From an uncultured Planctomycetaceae bacterium (lineage in GTDB: Bacteria; Planctomycetota; Planctomycetia; Pirellulales; PALSA-1355), in the NCBI GenBank assembly GCA_963785305.1, contig CAWAUV010000005.1:448001-512000 (forward strand): 64,000 nt of DNA, in the 5' to 3' direction. The notes below the pieces were generated by a model. That model saw nothing but the letters and a program-made list of their open reading frames with translations. It did no database searches and was not told the origin of the DNA. Positions 10,121 to 20,862 of this stretch are shown piece by piece. A program made the translations under genes and the position numbers. Positions within the stretch are counted from its first letter, which is position 1. Every line of letters starts with the position of its first letter.

Positions 10121-12808
10121 ATGAGACGTGTTTGCCTCGCTGCTCGTCGCGCTCGCGGAGCTTTTAGCGGAATGTTCACGCAAAGGCCGCTTAGCGCCCT
10201 GGTCGCGCTCGTGGCGAGCCTCGCCGCCGCGCCGGCGAATGCCGAGACCGAGCTTGCGACGCCCGCGACGCCGAGTTTGGCCGCGGCCGCGTCGCCCGTG
10301 GCCCCCGCTTCGCCGCCGGTCGCCCGCGGCGCGAAGGGCGACATCGAAAACATCACCATCGAGACCGGCCGCGCCGTCGACGGGGTGTTTGCCCTTGTGG
10401 GACGCGATGCCCGCCAGCAATTGCTTGTCGAAGGCGCGGGCGCGAGCGGCGCCCGCGACCTCACGCGGCAAGTGTCCTACCGCACGAGTCCGCCCGGCAT
10501 TGTCGCGGTGAGCGCCGCGGGGGGGGTCACTCCGCTGGCCAATGGCCGGGCCACGATCACCGCCCAAGCCGCGGGCGGACTCGAAGCGAGCATCGATGTG
10601 GTGGTGTCGCGCTTGGGCGATGAGCCCCCGATCAATTTCACCAATCAAATCGTGCCGGTCTTCACCAAGCTTTCGTGCAATAGCGGCGGGTGCCACGGCA
10701 AAGCGAGCGGGCAAAATGGATTCCGCCTCTCGCTGCTCGGGTTCGAGCCGGCCGAAGATTACGAACATTTGGTGAAAGAGGCCCGCGGGCGCCGAGTGTT
10801 TCCGGCGGCGCCCGAGCAAAGCTTGCTGCTGAAGAAACCGCTGGGCGATTCACCGCATGGCGGTGGAACGCGGCTCGATCGCGATTCGCATGCGTATCGA
10901 ACCCTGTACCGCTGGATTGCCCAGGGCATGCCCTACGGTCGGGCCGATGATCCCACGATCACGCGTGTCGAGGTGTTGCCCAAGCGGCGGGTGATGTCGA
11001 AGCTGGGCGAACAGCAATTGCTGGTCGTGGCCCACTATAGCGATGGCTCGACCGAAGACGTGACAGGCAACTCGCAGTTCGAGCCCAATAGCGCCGACAT
11101 GGCCGAAGTCTCCAGCGGCGGACTCGTGACGATGCGCGAACTGACCGGCGATGTGGCGGTGATGGCGCGCTATCAGGGGCAGGTCGATGTGTTTCGCGGA
11201 GCCGAACCGCTGGGCGCGCCGGTCGAGGGATTGCCGGCCGAGCGTAATTTCATCGACACGCTGGTGTTCAAAAAGCTTTGCGAACTGGGCATGCCGCCCT
11301 CGGGGCCCTCGGACGACGCCACGTTTCTCCGCCGAGTGAGCATCGATATTTGCGGGCGCACGCCCACCGGCGGCGAAGTGGAGCGATTTCTAGCCGATCG
11401 CGATCCCGAGAAGCGCGACCGCCTGATCGATCATTTGCTCAATAGTCGCGACTATGCCGACTACTTCGCCACGAAGTGGAGCTCGGTGCTGCGCAACAAG
11501 CGGCGCACCGAAGCGCATGCTCGCGGCACCTATGTCTTCCATGCCTGGATTCGCGAGAACCTTTATGCCAATACGTCGTACGACGAACTTGTTCGCCGCA
11601 TTTTGACCGCGTCGGGCGAGATCGGTCAAAATCCGCCGGTGACTTGGTATCGCGAAGTGAAAGACATTCACGACCAGACCGAGGACATGGCCCAACTGTT
11701 TCTCGGTCTCAGGATCAAATGCGCCCAGTGCCACCATCATCCCTACGAACGCTGGAGCCAACAGGACTATTCGGGCCTGGCGGCGTTTTTCAGCCGCGTG
11801 GGCCGCAAGAACGGTCTCCAGCCCAACGAGGAACGCATCTACCACAAGCGTGGCGCCGCCGGCATGTTGAATCCCAAGACGCAGGAAATGGCGTCGCCCG
11901 CTGGACTTGGCAGCCCCGCGGTCACGCTCGCTCCCGATGAAGACCCGCGCCAGGCGCTCGTCGACTGGATGACCGACAAGTCGAATCCCTACTTCGCGCC
12001 GGCCCTGGTGAATCGTTACTGGAAACACTTCTTCGGCCGCGGCTTGGTCGACCCGGAAGATGATATGCGGGTCACGAACCCGGCGACGAATCCCGAATTG
12101 CTGGCGGCCCTGGCCGAGCACTTCACGGCGTCGGGCTACGACCTGAAAGACTTGGTGCGCACGATCTGCCGCTCGCAGACCTATCAGCTTAGCGCCGAGC
12201 CCAATGCCCACAATATGAATGATCGTCAGAATTTCTCGCGATATTATCCCAAGCGTCTCGCCGCCGAAGTGTTGCTCGACGCCGTCGATCGGGCCACCGG
12301 GGCCCAAAGCGAGTTCAATGGCATGCCGCCCGGCACCCGGGCCGTGCAACTGCCCGACACCGGCTTCAATTCGTACTTTCTCACCGTGTTTGGCAGACCC
12401 GAATCGTCGAGCGCGTGTGAATGCGAGCGTTCGGGCGAGGCCAATTTGGCTCAAAGCCTACATCTCTTGAATTCCGCCGAGGTGCAGAGCAAACTATCGA
12501 ATCCGGGCGGTCGTGTGTCGGAGCTTGCGCAAGATGCTTCGCTCTCGCGCGAGGAAAAGATTCGTCGGCTGTACCTGGGCGCCATGTCCCGGGCGCCGCA
12601 GCTCGAGGAATTGGATGTGGCGATGGCCCACTTGGGCAAAGCGGTGGAACGCTTGGCCGCGGAGAAGGCCGTGGTCGGGCCGTCGAGCGGCCCGGCGCCG
12701 GTCGCGCCGGAGTTGAATCGCGCCGAGATCGTGCGCACCGAGCAGGGCGCGATGGAAGATATCCTCTGGGCGCTGATCAATACGAAAGAGTTTTTGTTCA
12801 ACCATTAG
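10121..12808 (+). CDS. DUF1549/DUF1553 protein with Ig-like (BIG2) and cytochrome-c-like motifs
   Basis: CNSGGCHG, FLRRVSIDICGRTPT, CAQCHHHP, VNRYWKHFFGRGLV, CECER, EDILWALINTKEFLFNH; GGAGG RBS. Confidence 0.92.
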   Translation: MRRVCLAARRARGAFSGMFTQRPLSALVALVASLAAAPANAETELATPATPSLAAAASPVAPASPPVARGAKGDIENITIETGRAVDGVFALVGRDARQQLLVEGAGASGARDLTRQVSYRTSPPGIVAVSAAGGVTPLANGRATITAQAAGGLEASIDVVVSRLGDEPPINFTNQIVPVFTKLSCNSGGCHGKASGQNGFRLSLLGFEPAEDYEHLVKEARGRRVFPAAPEQSLLLKKPLGDSPHGGGTRLDRDSHAYRTLYRWIAQGMPYGRADDPTITRVEVLPKRRVMSKLGEQQLLVVAHYSDGSTEDVTGNSQFEPNSADMAEVSSGGLVTMRELTGDVAVMARYQGQVDVFRGAEPLGAPVEGLPAERNFIDTLVFKKLCELGMPPSGPSDDATFLRRVSIDICGRTPTGGEVERFLADRDPEKRDRLIDHLLNSRDYADYFATKWSSVLRNKRRTEAHARGTYVFHAWIRENLYANTSYDELVRRILTASGEIGQNPPVTWYREVKDIHDQTEDMAQLFLGLRIKCAQCHHHPYERWSQQDYSGLAAFFSRVGRKNGLQPNEERIYHKRGAAGMLNPKTQEMASPAGLGSPAVTLAPDEDPRQALVDWMTDKSNPYFAPALVNRYWKHFFGRGLVDPEDDMRVTNPATNPELLAALAEHFTASGYDLKDLVRTICRSQTYQLSAEPNAHNMNDRQNFSRYYPKRLAAEVLLDAVDRATGAQSEFNGMPPGTRAVQLPDTGFNSYFLTVFGRPESSSACECERSGEANLAQSLHLLNSAEVQSKLSNPGGRVSELAQDASLSREEKIRRLYLGAMSRAPQLEELDVAMAHLGKAVERLAAEKAVVGPSSGPAPVAPELNRAEIVRTEQGAMEDILWALINTKEFLFNH

Positions 12809-12848
12809 TGCCTTGTCACGGCTTGAAATGACGGAACGGATTCGTTCC

Positions 12849-12936
12849 GTGGCGCCATGCCCACGGCCCTGCGTGGGCATGAGGACTCCGCGTGGCGCTC
12901 GAAAACATGCCCACGCTGGGCGTGGGAATGGCACAC
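12849..12936. repeat. REP-like inverted pair (CATGCCCACG...CGTGGGCATG)
   Basis: Two imperfect palindromes in inverted orientation in an intergenic region. Confidence 0.7.
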
Positions 12937-13170
12937 GGGGTTACCTATCATTTCAGCCGTGACAATGCGTTCGACGCGACCCGCCCCGCGACGCAAGTCG
13001 TTTGGCGGCGCGAGGCTCCATTTCTTTCGCGCCCGAGTGTCTCGGTCACGCATCGCGGAAACTAGTTTTGGTTCGTTTCGAGTTTGTTCGTTTACGATCG
13101 CCCGCCCCGCCCCCACGCCGCTTGCCACGCATTCCCCCCCGCCGGATTCTCGCCTTGGAGTGATGTTCCC

Positions 13171-16100
13171 ATGATGCTCCGCATTTCGCTCGCGCGCCAT
13201 GGATTGTCGGCCCTTATTGCCTGGGCGATCTTGCCGCTCGGCTCATTCGCCGCCAATCCCGCGAAATCCTCGAAGTCGGCCAGCCCCGCGCCAATCGCCA
13301 TTGCCGAGATCAAACGCACCGAACCGGTGGCGTTTGAAAAGGAAGTGTTGCCGGTTTTGTCGAAGAAATGTCTTTCGTGTCACAACGCCACGACCCATGA
13401 AAGCCATTTGGTGCTCGAGTCGCCGGCCCTGATTCTCAAAGGCGGCGACAGTGGGCCGGCGGTCGTGCCCGGCGATCCGGCCAAGAGCGAACTGCTGATC
13501 GCCGCGAGCCAGCGCGGCGATTCTCCGATGCCGCCGCCGGACAACGATGTCGGGGCCGTGCCGCTTACGTCGGAGGAATTGGGGCTCATCAAGCTCTGGA
13601 TCGCCCAGGGCGCGTCGGGCGCCGTGGGCGGTTCGGCCGCCGTGCATTGGCAAGCCTTGCCGCCGGGGGTGAATCCGATCTACGCCGTGGCGATGACCGA
13701 AGATGGCCAATGGGGCGCTTGCGGTCGCGCCAATCAGATTTTTATCTACCATCTACCCTCCGGCCGGTTGGCCGCGCGACTCACCGATCCGGCCCTGGCC
13801 GACGCCGCGCACAAGCCCGGTGTCGCGCACCTGGAAATGGTGCATTCACTCGCCTTTAATCCCGACGGCTCGTTGTTGGCTTCGGGCGGGTTTCGCGAAA
13901 TCAAGTTCTGGCGTCGGTCCGGAGAAGCGCCGCGCTACACGATCGGTCCCCAGGCCGAGCCGATCACGGCCCTGGCCGCCAGTGGCGACGGGCATCGCAT
14001 TGCCGCGGGGCATCCCTCGGGCGCGATCGATGTATTCGAGGCCGAGACCGGCAAGCCGATCGCCACGTGGATCGACAAGACGAATCCGGGCGAGCCCGCG
14101 CCGGTGACGGCGCTCGAGTTCTCGCACACCAGCGCTCAATTGGCTTCGGCGGCCGGCAAGACACTGAGAATGTGGAACGTGGCCGATGGGGCCGTTGCCC
14201 GGCGAGTCGAGTTGCCGGCGCCGGCGCAAACCCTGGCGATCATGAGCGACGACGTGCGCATCGCCGCGGCCGGCGCCGAGAAGACGATCCATGTGTGGAC
14301 CGTGGCGGGCGACGAGGTGGTTGCAATCGACTCGGCGCCCGGCGCCGTAACCGCTTTGGCCGCGGCGCCCAGCGACGCCGATCGTTTGTACTCGGGCCAC
14401 GCCGACAAGACGATTCGTTTTTGGAGCATTTCGGGCAAGAAGCAACTGCGTCAGGCGGACCATGGCGCTCCGATCACGGCGCTCGCGGTGCGCGGCGATG
14501 GCGCCCAACTCGCCTCGGCCGGCGCCGACAACGCGGTCAAACTTTGGAAAACCGAAAACGGCCAACCTTGGATGAATCCGGCCAACAAGCCCCTTGCTCC
14601 GCTGGTCGATAACTTCGCGGCGAGCGAAGAGGTCGAACGCCGCGACCGGCAAGCGGCGTCGCTCGCGGCCAGGGCTAGCGACGCGAAACAGGCCGTAGCC
14701 GACGCCGAATCGTCGATCAAATCATCGGCGGAAGCGATTAAGTCGACCGAAAAGGCCCGGGACACGGCGGCGCACATCAAGACCGAGAAAGCCAAATCAG
14801 CCCAAGAGCCGATCGAGAAGAAGGCCGCCGCCGACAAAGCGATCGAAACCGCCGCCGCTGAAAAGACCGCGATCGACGCCCGACTGGCCGAAGCGATCAA
14901 AGCCGCCGACGCCGACGCCCAGAACCAAGAGCTGGCCAAGGCCCGCGACGAATTGAAGAAGCAGGTCGAAGCCGCCGCGAATAAACTGAAAGACGCCGAG
15001 AACATGGCTCGCGCGTTGGCCCCGGCGGCGGCCACGGCCCAGCAAGAGCTATTGAGCGCCGAGGCCACGAGCGCCGCCGCCGAGCAAAACGCGGTCGCGG
15101 CCGTGGCCGCGCAACGAAAAGCGATCGACGACCTGCCGCTCGCCCAAGCCGCGCTGGCGGAAGCCGACAAAGCGAAGCTCGAGGGCGAAGCCCGACTCAA
15201 GTCGGCCAAGGAGGCGATGGAAAAAGCCCGCCAGCCGATCCGCTCGCTCGCGTATTCGGCCGACCAGCAAACCTTGGCCGCCGGCGGTGACAATGGCGTG
15301 GTCGCACTGTGGGATTCGCCCTCCGGCATGGCGATCGGCGCGAGAACCTCGGCGCGGGCGGCGTGCGGGCCATCGCTTTCTCCAAGAATCTGCTTCTGGC
15401 GGCGACGGAACACGCGATCGCGGCGTGGAACGAAAGTGTCGATTGGAAGCTCGAACGCACGATCGGCTCGCCCGAAAACAACTCCCAGCTTGTCGATCGC
15501 GTGCTCGCGCTCGGATTCAGTCCCGAGGGTTCGCTCTTGGCCTCGGGCGGCGGCGATCCGAGCCGCAGCGGCGAGCTCAAGATTTGGAACGTGGCCGACG
15601 GCGCGCTCGTTCGCGAGATCACGCCCTCGCATAGCGACACGATCTTCGCCGTCGAGTTCTCACCCAATGGCAAGCAGTTGGCGTCGGCCGGCGCCGATCG
15701 CATGATGAAGGTCTTCGATGTCGCGAGCGGCGCTGGTGAAGACCTATGAAGGGCATACCCATCATGTGTTGGGAGTCTCGTGGCGCTCCGATGGGAAAAT
15801 GCTCGTGTCCGCCGGCGCCGACAATTCGGTGAAGTTCTGGGACGCCGCCACCGGCGAGCAACCGCGGCAAGCCTACAATGCCGGCAAGGAGCAAGCCGCC
15901 GTGCGATTTATCCCGCTCTCGACCAAAGTATTGACCGCCGGCGCGACACGCACGTTGCAATTGGTCGATAGCCAATCGAAAAACGGCGCCGAGAAGACCT
16001 ACGGCGGGCCGACCGATTTCCTCCATGCCCTCGCGATCAGTGGCGATGGCAAGTCGGTCTTGGGCGGCGGGCAAGACAGTAGCCTTTGGCTCTGGAACGT

Positions 16101-16176
16101 GACCAATGGCCAAATGATTCGCAAGCTCGAGCCGCCCGTCGAGCCGCTCGCGGAGCCAGCGCCGGCAAAGCCGTGA
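13171..16176 (+). CDS. Planctomycete cytochrome c domain + WD40 repeat + coiled-coil protein (frameshifts near 15345 and 15733)
   Basis: Signal peptide, CLSCH, GGDSGPAVVPG, MPP..LIKLWIAQGA, multiple WD40 repeats, Ala/Lys/Glu coiled coil. Confidence 0.88.
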
Positions 16177-16197
16177 GCGGGCAATCGCCCGGCGGCA

Positions 16198-16224
16198 CGG
16201 TTTGTTGAAATATTCAACAAGCTA
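16198..16224. repeat. 27-bp palindrome, solo form of the MITE end
   Basis: CGGTTTGTTGAAATATTCAACAAGCTA between convergent genes. Confidence 0.65.
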
Positions 16225-16238
16225 CCAAGCGCCGATGG

Positions 16239-17490
16239 TTATTCCCGCGCCCGCGGTCCGAGATGGAGTCGCAAGAGATTCATCGCTTGCTTGGCGGCCC
16301 GCGGTCGCCAGATCGCGGGATGACTCGCCAGCGCGCCGGCGCGAGAGAATCGTCTCCGGCCCGGCGAGCGCATAATGATATTCCGCCGGCGTGGTGGCTT
16401 CGCCTGGGCTGGGAAAAAAGCCGATCGCCAGCGCATAGTCGGCGCCGAATCGCAAGCGGCACGCTCGGGCGATGGCCGAAGCAAACACGTCGCCGTCGCC
16501 CGACTCCGTCGCTTCGTGGCCGAGCATCGTGGCGACTGCTGCTCGGCTCAACGTGAGACCGCCGAGAAACACCTCGCCCGCCTGGGGATTTCTTTGACTG
16601 GCCCGCATCAGCGACCCGGCCAGCAGCCCTTCGCCGCCGGCTTCGACCACGGCCAAGGTCTCGCCCCGCTCGCGCAGCAGGCGGACGACGGCGTCCTCGA
16701 GCTCGTCGTCTTCTTCGCCAAAAACCAGATTGCCCAGCGAGCGCCGGATCGTGTCGAGTGTCGGCCGCATGCGCTCCGCGCAGCTCGCGGGCGAGTCGCC
16801 TTCGGCGGTGACGCGAAGCGTGATGGTCGCCGCGCTCACGGTGATGCCCACCAGCGGGTCGCGTCCGCGGCGAATCAGGTCGGGCAGCATCTGTTCGATC
16901 TGACTTTCACCAGCGCCGAAGCATTTGACGCGGCGATGGCAAATCACCTTGCGCTCGGGCTGCATTTCCATCAGGGCCGCGGCCACATGGCCGGCGAACA
17001 TCTCGAACATCTCGGCCGGCACTCCCGGCAGAGCAAACAGCCGACATTCACCGCCGCGCCCGCGCCGGGCCACGAGATCGATGCCCGGCGCGGTGCCGCG
17101 GGGATTGAAAATCGAGCGGGCGCCGGCGGGGAAATAGGCTTGCAGGCGATTGCGTTCGGGCATCTCGCGGCCGGTGCGGGCGAAGAGCGAACGAATGTGC
17201 TCGAGCGCGGCGGCGTCGAGATTCAGTTCCACTCCGACGGCGGCGGCCATCGCTTCCCGCGTGAGGTCGTCGGCCGTGGGTCCAAGGCCGCCGGTCGAGA
17301 CGACGACATCGGCCCGCTCGATCGCGGCTCGCAGCGCATGCAGATTCTCATCGAGCGAGTCGCCGATCGTGGTGTGGTAACCCACTCGCACACCCAGGTC
17401 GCCCAAGCGTTGGCTGAGCCACTGGCTGTTCGTGTCGAGCCGCTGGCCGGTCACCAACTCATCGCCAATCGAAATGATTTCCGCAAGCAT
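16239..17490 (-). CDS. cinA: CinA/competence-damage inducible protein (frameshift near 16335)
   Basis: AEIISIGDELVTGQRLDTNSQWLS, TGGLGPTADDLTRE, GTAPG, LPGVPAEM; end RAAKQAMNLLRL. Confidence 0.9.
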
Positions 17491-17626
17491 GTTCCACGCG
17501 GGTTCTTTCTTTCTCTCGGAGCGAAGGCCGATCGAGGCGAGCTCGGCGCACGGCGTCATTGTCGGCCCGGCCGGAAAATTGACAAGAGCCTCCGTCGCGG
17601 GATATTCGGAGCGGGATATTCGGCGC

Positions 17627-18316
17627 TTAGCCCCGCTCGGAGGCGAGCCAGTGTCGGGCTCGCGCGAAGATGGCGTCGAACATCGGCTCGGTTAGCCGGC
17701 CGGTGAACGTATTCTGTTGGCTGGGATGGTAACTGCCTAGAATCCAGCGCTGGCCCGTGAGCGGCGCCTCGACGCCATGTCCAAACGCCGGCGGGCGACC
17801 CAGCAACCAGCCGCGGCGGCGGGCCAAACGAAGCGTTTCCCGATAAGCCACGCCGCCCAGCGCCACGATGACCCGCGCCGGCACGAGGTCCAGAGCGCGG
17901 TCGAGCCACGCGCCGCAGGTCGCCAATTCCGCGGGCAGCGGTTTATTGTCGGGCGGCGCGCAGTGGCAAGCGGCCGAGATCGCGGCGCCCAGGAGTCGAA
18001 GCCCATCGTCGCGCGAAACACTCCGCGGCTGATTCGCGAAGCCGGCTTTGTGCAGCGCACGATAGAGCCAATCGCCGCTGCGGTCGCCGGTGAACATGCG
18101 GCCGGTGCGATTGGCGCCATGCGCCGCCGGCGCGAGGCCCACGATCAGCAGCCGCGCCGCCGGGTCGCCAAAATTAGGCGCGGGCCGGCCCCAATAGGTC
18201 TCGTTGCGATAAGCGGCCTTGCGCTCGCGGGCCACGCGCTGGCAATGCTCGACGAGCCGCGGGCAGGCCTGGCAAGCGACAATCTCGCGATTGAGCGCTT
18301 GCCAGGCTCGGTCCAT
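17627..18316 (-). CDS. Uracil-DNA glycosylase (family 5, UdgB-like)
   Basis: CQACPRL, GLAPAAHGANRTGRMFTGDRSG, CAPPDNKP, SYHPSQQNT. Confidence 0.93.
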   Translation of the reverse strand: MDRAWQALNREIVACQACPRLVEHCQRVARERKAAYRNETYWGRPAPNFGDPAARLLIVGLAPAAHGANRTGRMFTGDRSGDWLYRALHKAGFANQPRSVSRDDGLRLLGAAISAACHCAPPDNKPLPAELATCGAWLDRALDLVPARVIVALGGVAYRETLRLARRRGWLLGRPPAFGHGVEAPLTGQRWILGSYHPSQQNTFTGRLTEPMFDAIFARARHWLASERG

Positions 18317-18342
18317 GCTTTTCGGACGCTCGCCGCGCGGCG

Positions 18343-19746
18343 TTATTTCATCGCTTTCGACCAGGTTTCGCCCTTCTTGTAGCGCTCGGCCCGATCGACC
18401 ACGACCGGGTCCTTGCTCGTGGCGATCACTTTGTCGAGCGCCTTGTCGAACTCGGCTTTGTTCGGCTCGCGCACCTCGCGATGATGGGCCAGTTCGACAA
18501 TCGTTTCGCAAGCCACCTTGGCGAACTTCGGATCGTCCACATAGGGCAACACGAAACGGAGCGTGTCGACATCGTAGGCCGTGCGGCTTCGATTGATGAC
18601 CAGCATCTCTTCTTCCGGCGTCTTGGCCTCTTTCATCGCCTGCTTCATGCGTTCGAGCCGCTGGCGATCGGAACGTTTGTCGCGCGCGGCCGCGATCTTC
18701 ACATAGCCGCTGAAAGCTTGCAGCCGCTCGGCGGGGTCCTTGGCATTCTTGGCGATCGCGAGCAGGGCGTCGGCCACGCTGGCGTCGGGCCATTTGCTCA
18801 GAGCGTCGATGCCCAACTCGCGGCGGGTCGTTTCCGGGCTCGACGCGATCTCGACCACGAAGTGAATCAGCTTCTTGCCGCCCACGCGTCCGACCAACGG
18901 GAGCAGTTGATCACGCTCGTCGGGCTTCACGCCGTCGAGCGCTTTGATGAGCGCCTCGCCGCGCTCGTTTTCGTTTGGAATTCGAGCGCGAACCAGCGCC
19001 ACGTTCTTTTCGGCGTTGTCGCGCTCGCCGCCCCGCGCGGCTTTGAGCACTCCGGGCAGCATCGCCGCGATCAGGTCCGGTTCGCCGATTTGCCCGAGCG
19101 CGGCCATGGCGGCCGAGCGCACCTGGGCATTGTCGTCGACACTGGCGATGAGAAACGCCGGGGTCTCGCTGGTGGCGCGGCGCGTGGCCAAGACACCGAT
19201 GAGCGCCGCCTTGAGGTTCGGGTCGGCGGACTTGGCGTCGGCGGCCAGGAGTTTCGAGATTTGATCGCCGCGCAGTTGCGCGAGACTGGCTCGCGCCGCC
19301 GCTTGCTCCGATTCGGATTTGGCGGTGAGGCTTTTCACCAAAAGCGGCACGTCGTCGGCGTCGCCCAATTTGCCGAGCGCCATGATCGCGGCGACACGGA
19401 CCTGTTCATCTTGGCCCGGCCCCGCGAATTCGAGCACGGCTGGGCGAGCCGCGGCGTCGCCCCGATCAGCCAGGGCCGAAAGCAACTCGGCCCGCGCCTC
19501 GGGCGAGAGCTTGGGGAGTTGGGCGGCAAAGAGCTTGGTGGCGGCGTCGCCCTTGGCGTCGTTGCGAATTTGGTCGAGGCCCGCGGCGCGGAATTCCTTG
19601 TCCTTCTCGCCGATCAGATCGAGAATCATTTGCTGGGAACTGTCGGGCGCTTCGGCGGCGAGCAGGACCGCCGCCGGCCCCGCCAGCAGCGAGCCGCTTA
19701 AGAGGCCGGCGCCGACGAGCCAATCCAAGGTCTTCCGCGAGGTCAT
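18343..19746 (-). CDS. Secreted HEAT-repeat protein
   Basis: Signal peptide, repeated VRxAAxxALGxxG motifs. Confidence 0.85.
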   Translation of the reverse strand: MTSRKTLDWLVGAGLLSGSLLAGPAAVLLAAEAPDSSQQMILDLIGEKDKEFRAAGLDQIRNDAKGDAATKLFAAQLPKLSPEARAELLSALADRGDAAARPAVLEFAGPGQDEQVRVAAIMALGKLGDADDVPLLVKSLTAKSESEQAAARASLAQLRGDQISKLLAADAKSADPNLKAALIGVLATRRATSETPAFLIASVDDNAQVRSAAMAALGQIGEPDLIAAMLPGVLKAARGGERDNAEKNVALVRARIPNENERGEALIKALDGVKPDERDQLLPLVGRVGGKKLIHFVVEIASSPETTRRELGIDALSKWPDASVADALLAIAKNAKDPAERLQAFSGYVKIAAARDKRSDRQRLERMKQAMKEAKTPEEEMLVINRSRTAYDVDTLRFVLPYVDDPKFAKVACETIVELAHHREVREPNKAEFDKALDKVIATSKDPVVVDRAERYKKGETWSKAMK

Positions 19747-19879
19747 GATCGTTTATCTCCGAAGAGTGTATTTTTAGAGTCGAATGGGGGAAAAGAGCTT
19801 GCTGGGCCGGCGACTTGCGCAAAAAGGGGCCAGTCGGCGTGGCAAGGAACGGATTAAAAATAACTTCCTGATGCATTCG

Positions 19880-19914
19880 CCCCCCGCCCTACCCTTCTCC
19901 CAAAGGGAGAGGGG
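19880..19914. repeat. REP-like CCCTCTCCC-N-GGGAGAGGG element (relatives at 56430-56463 and about 1478-1503)
   Basis: CCCTTCTCCCAAAGGGAGAGGGG hairpin. Confidence 0.6.
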
Positions 19915-20025
19915 TTCATCGAGAAGTTATTTTTTGCGCGTTCCCAAGACGCGAGAGGCACGCGCGATTCCCGCTTGAGGGAAATCGCGCGTGCCAGAAA
20001 GCGGCTTTTCGGACGGCTCGCGCGA

Positions 20026-20730
20026 TCAGTCTTTCTTGCCGGCGCAGGCCAGCATGCCGCGCGTGGCGGCCAGTCGCACGAGCTTCGATTGGTGGTCGGC
20101 GGCGAGCGACTTGTAGATCGCGAGCGCGTCGGCCTGTTTGTGGTCGGCGAGTAGTGCTTCGGCGCAAGCCAATCGCGCGTCGCTCACCGCCTGCTTGTTT
20201 TCATCGGTCGAGGGCTTCGCTTCCTCGAGTGCCTTGGCCGCGGCCGAGTCACCGATATCGCCCAGCGCGGCGGCGGCGGCGCGCACCAGCGGTCCTTCGC
20301 TTTCGCCCAGCAGTTTGGCGAGGGCCGGCGTGGCGGCGGTGTCACGGCGAGCGCCGATCGAACCGATCACGCCGATCCGCAAATTGCCGCTCAGGCTCGG
20401 CAGCGCCGAACGCAACGCTTCGCCAGCCTCGGCGGCGGGGATGCGCTCGAGCGCGAATCGGGCCATGTGCGAATGCGTTTCATCGGGCAGCAGCGAGCCG
20501 AGCGTCGGCGCCGAGGCGCCCGTGCCCACGACCATCAACTTGCGGCAGACATAATCCTTGGCGTCGCGCGAAATGTCGCTCTTGAGCGCCGCCAGAAACC
20601 GGGTCTCGAGATCTTGTCGCACGTCGCTTTTCTCATGGGCGGCGACCACGGCCTCTTCGATCGGCGCCAAGGTGGCGATGGGCGTGCCCCAGTTGTATTG
20701 TTTCAGGGCCTCGAATGCTTGATCCAACAT
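20026..20730 (-). CDS. HEAT-repeat protein
   Basis: ARFALERIP, IGSIGARRD, VRAAAAALGDIG. Confidence 0.85.
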   Translation of the reverse strand: MLDQAFEALKQYNWGTPIATLAPIEEAVVAAHEKSDVRQDLETRFLAALKSDISRDAKDYVCRKLMVVGTGASAPTLGSLLPDETHSHMARFALERIPAAEAGEALRSALPSLSGNLRIGVIGSIGARRDTAATPALAKLLGESEGPLVRAAAAALGDIGDSAAAKALEEAKPSTDENKQAVSDARLACAEALLADHKQADALAIYKSLAADHQSKLVRLAATRGMLACAGKKD

Positions 20731-20862
20731 AGGTATATCCTTCGAGCGGAAAATGGGTTCTTGGATTGTTCGCGTCGCTCCGCGCGGCGAGCCATTTTTT
20801 GGCGCGATCGCGGAGTTCGGAGCGCGAAGACGATTGAATACAATTGCGAATGCCGCGACGAC

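Noticed and set aside
12806..12850. TAGTGCCTTGTCAC.. after the DUF1549 stop as another MITE end
   Set aside because: No partner end or second copy found in the window.
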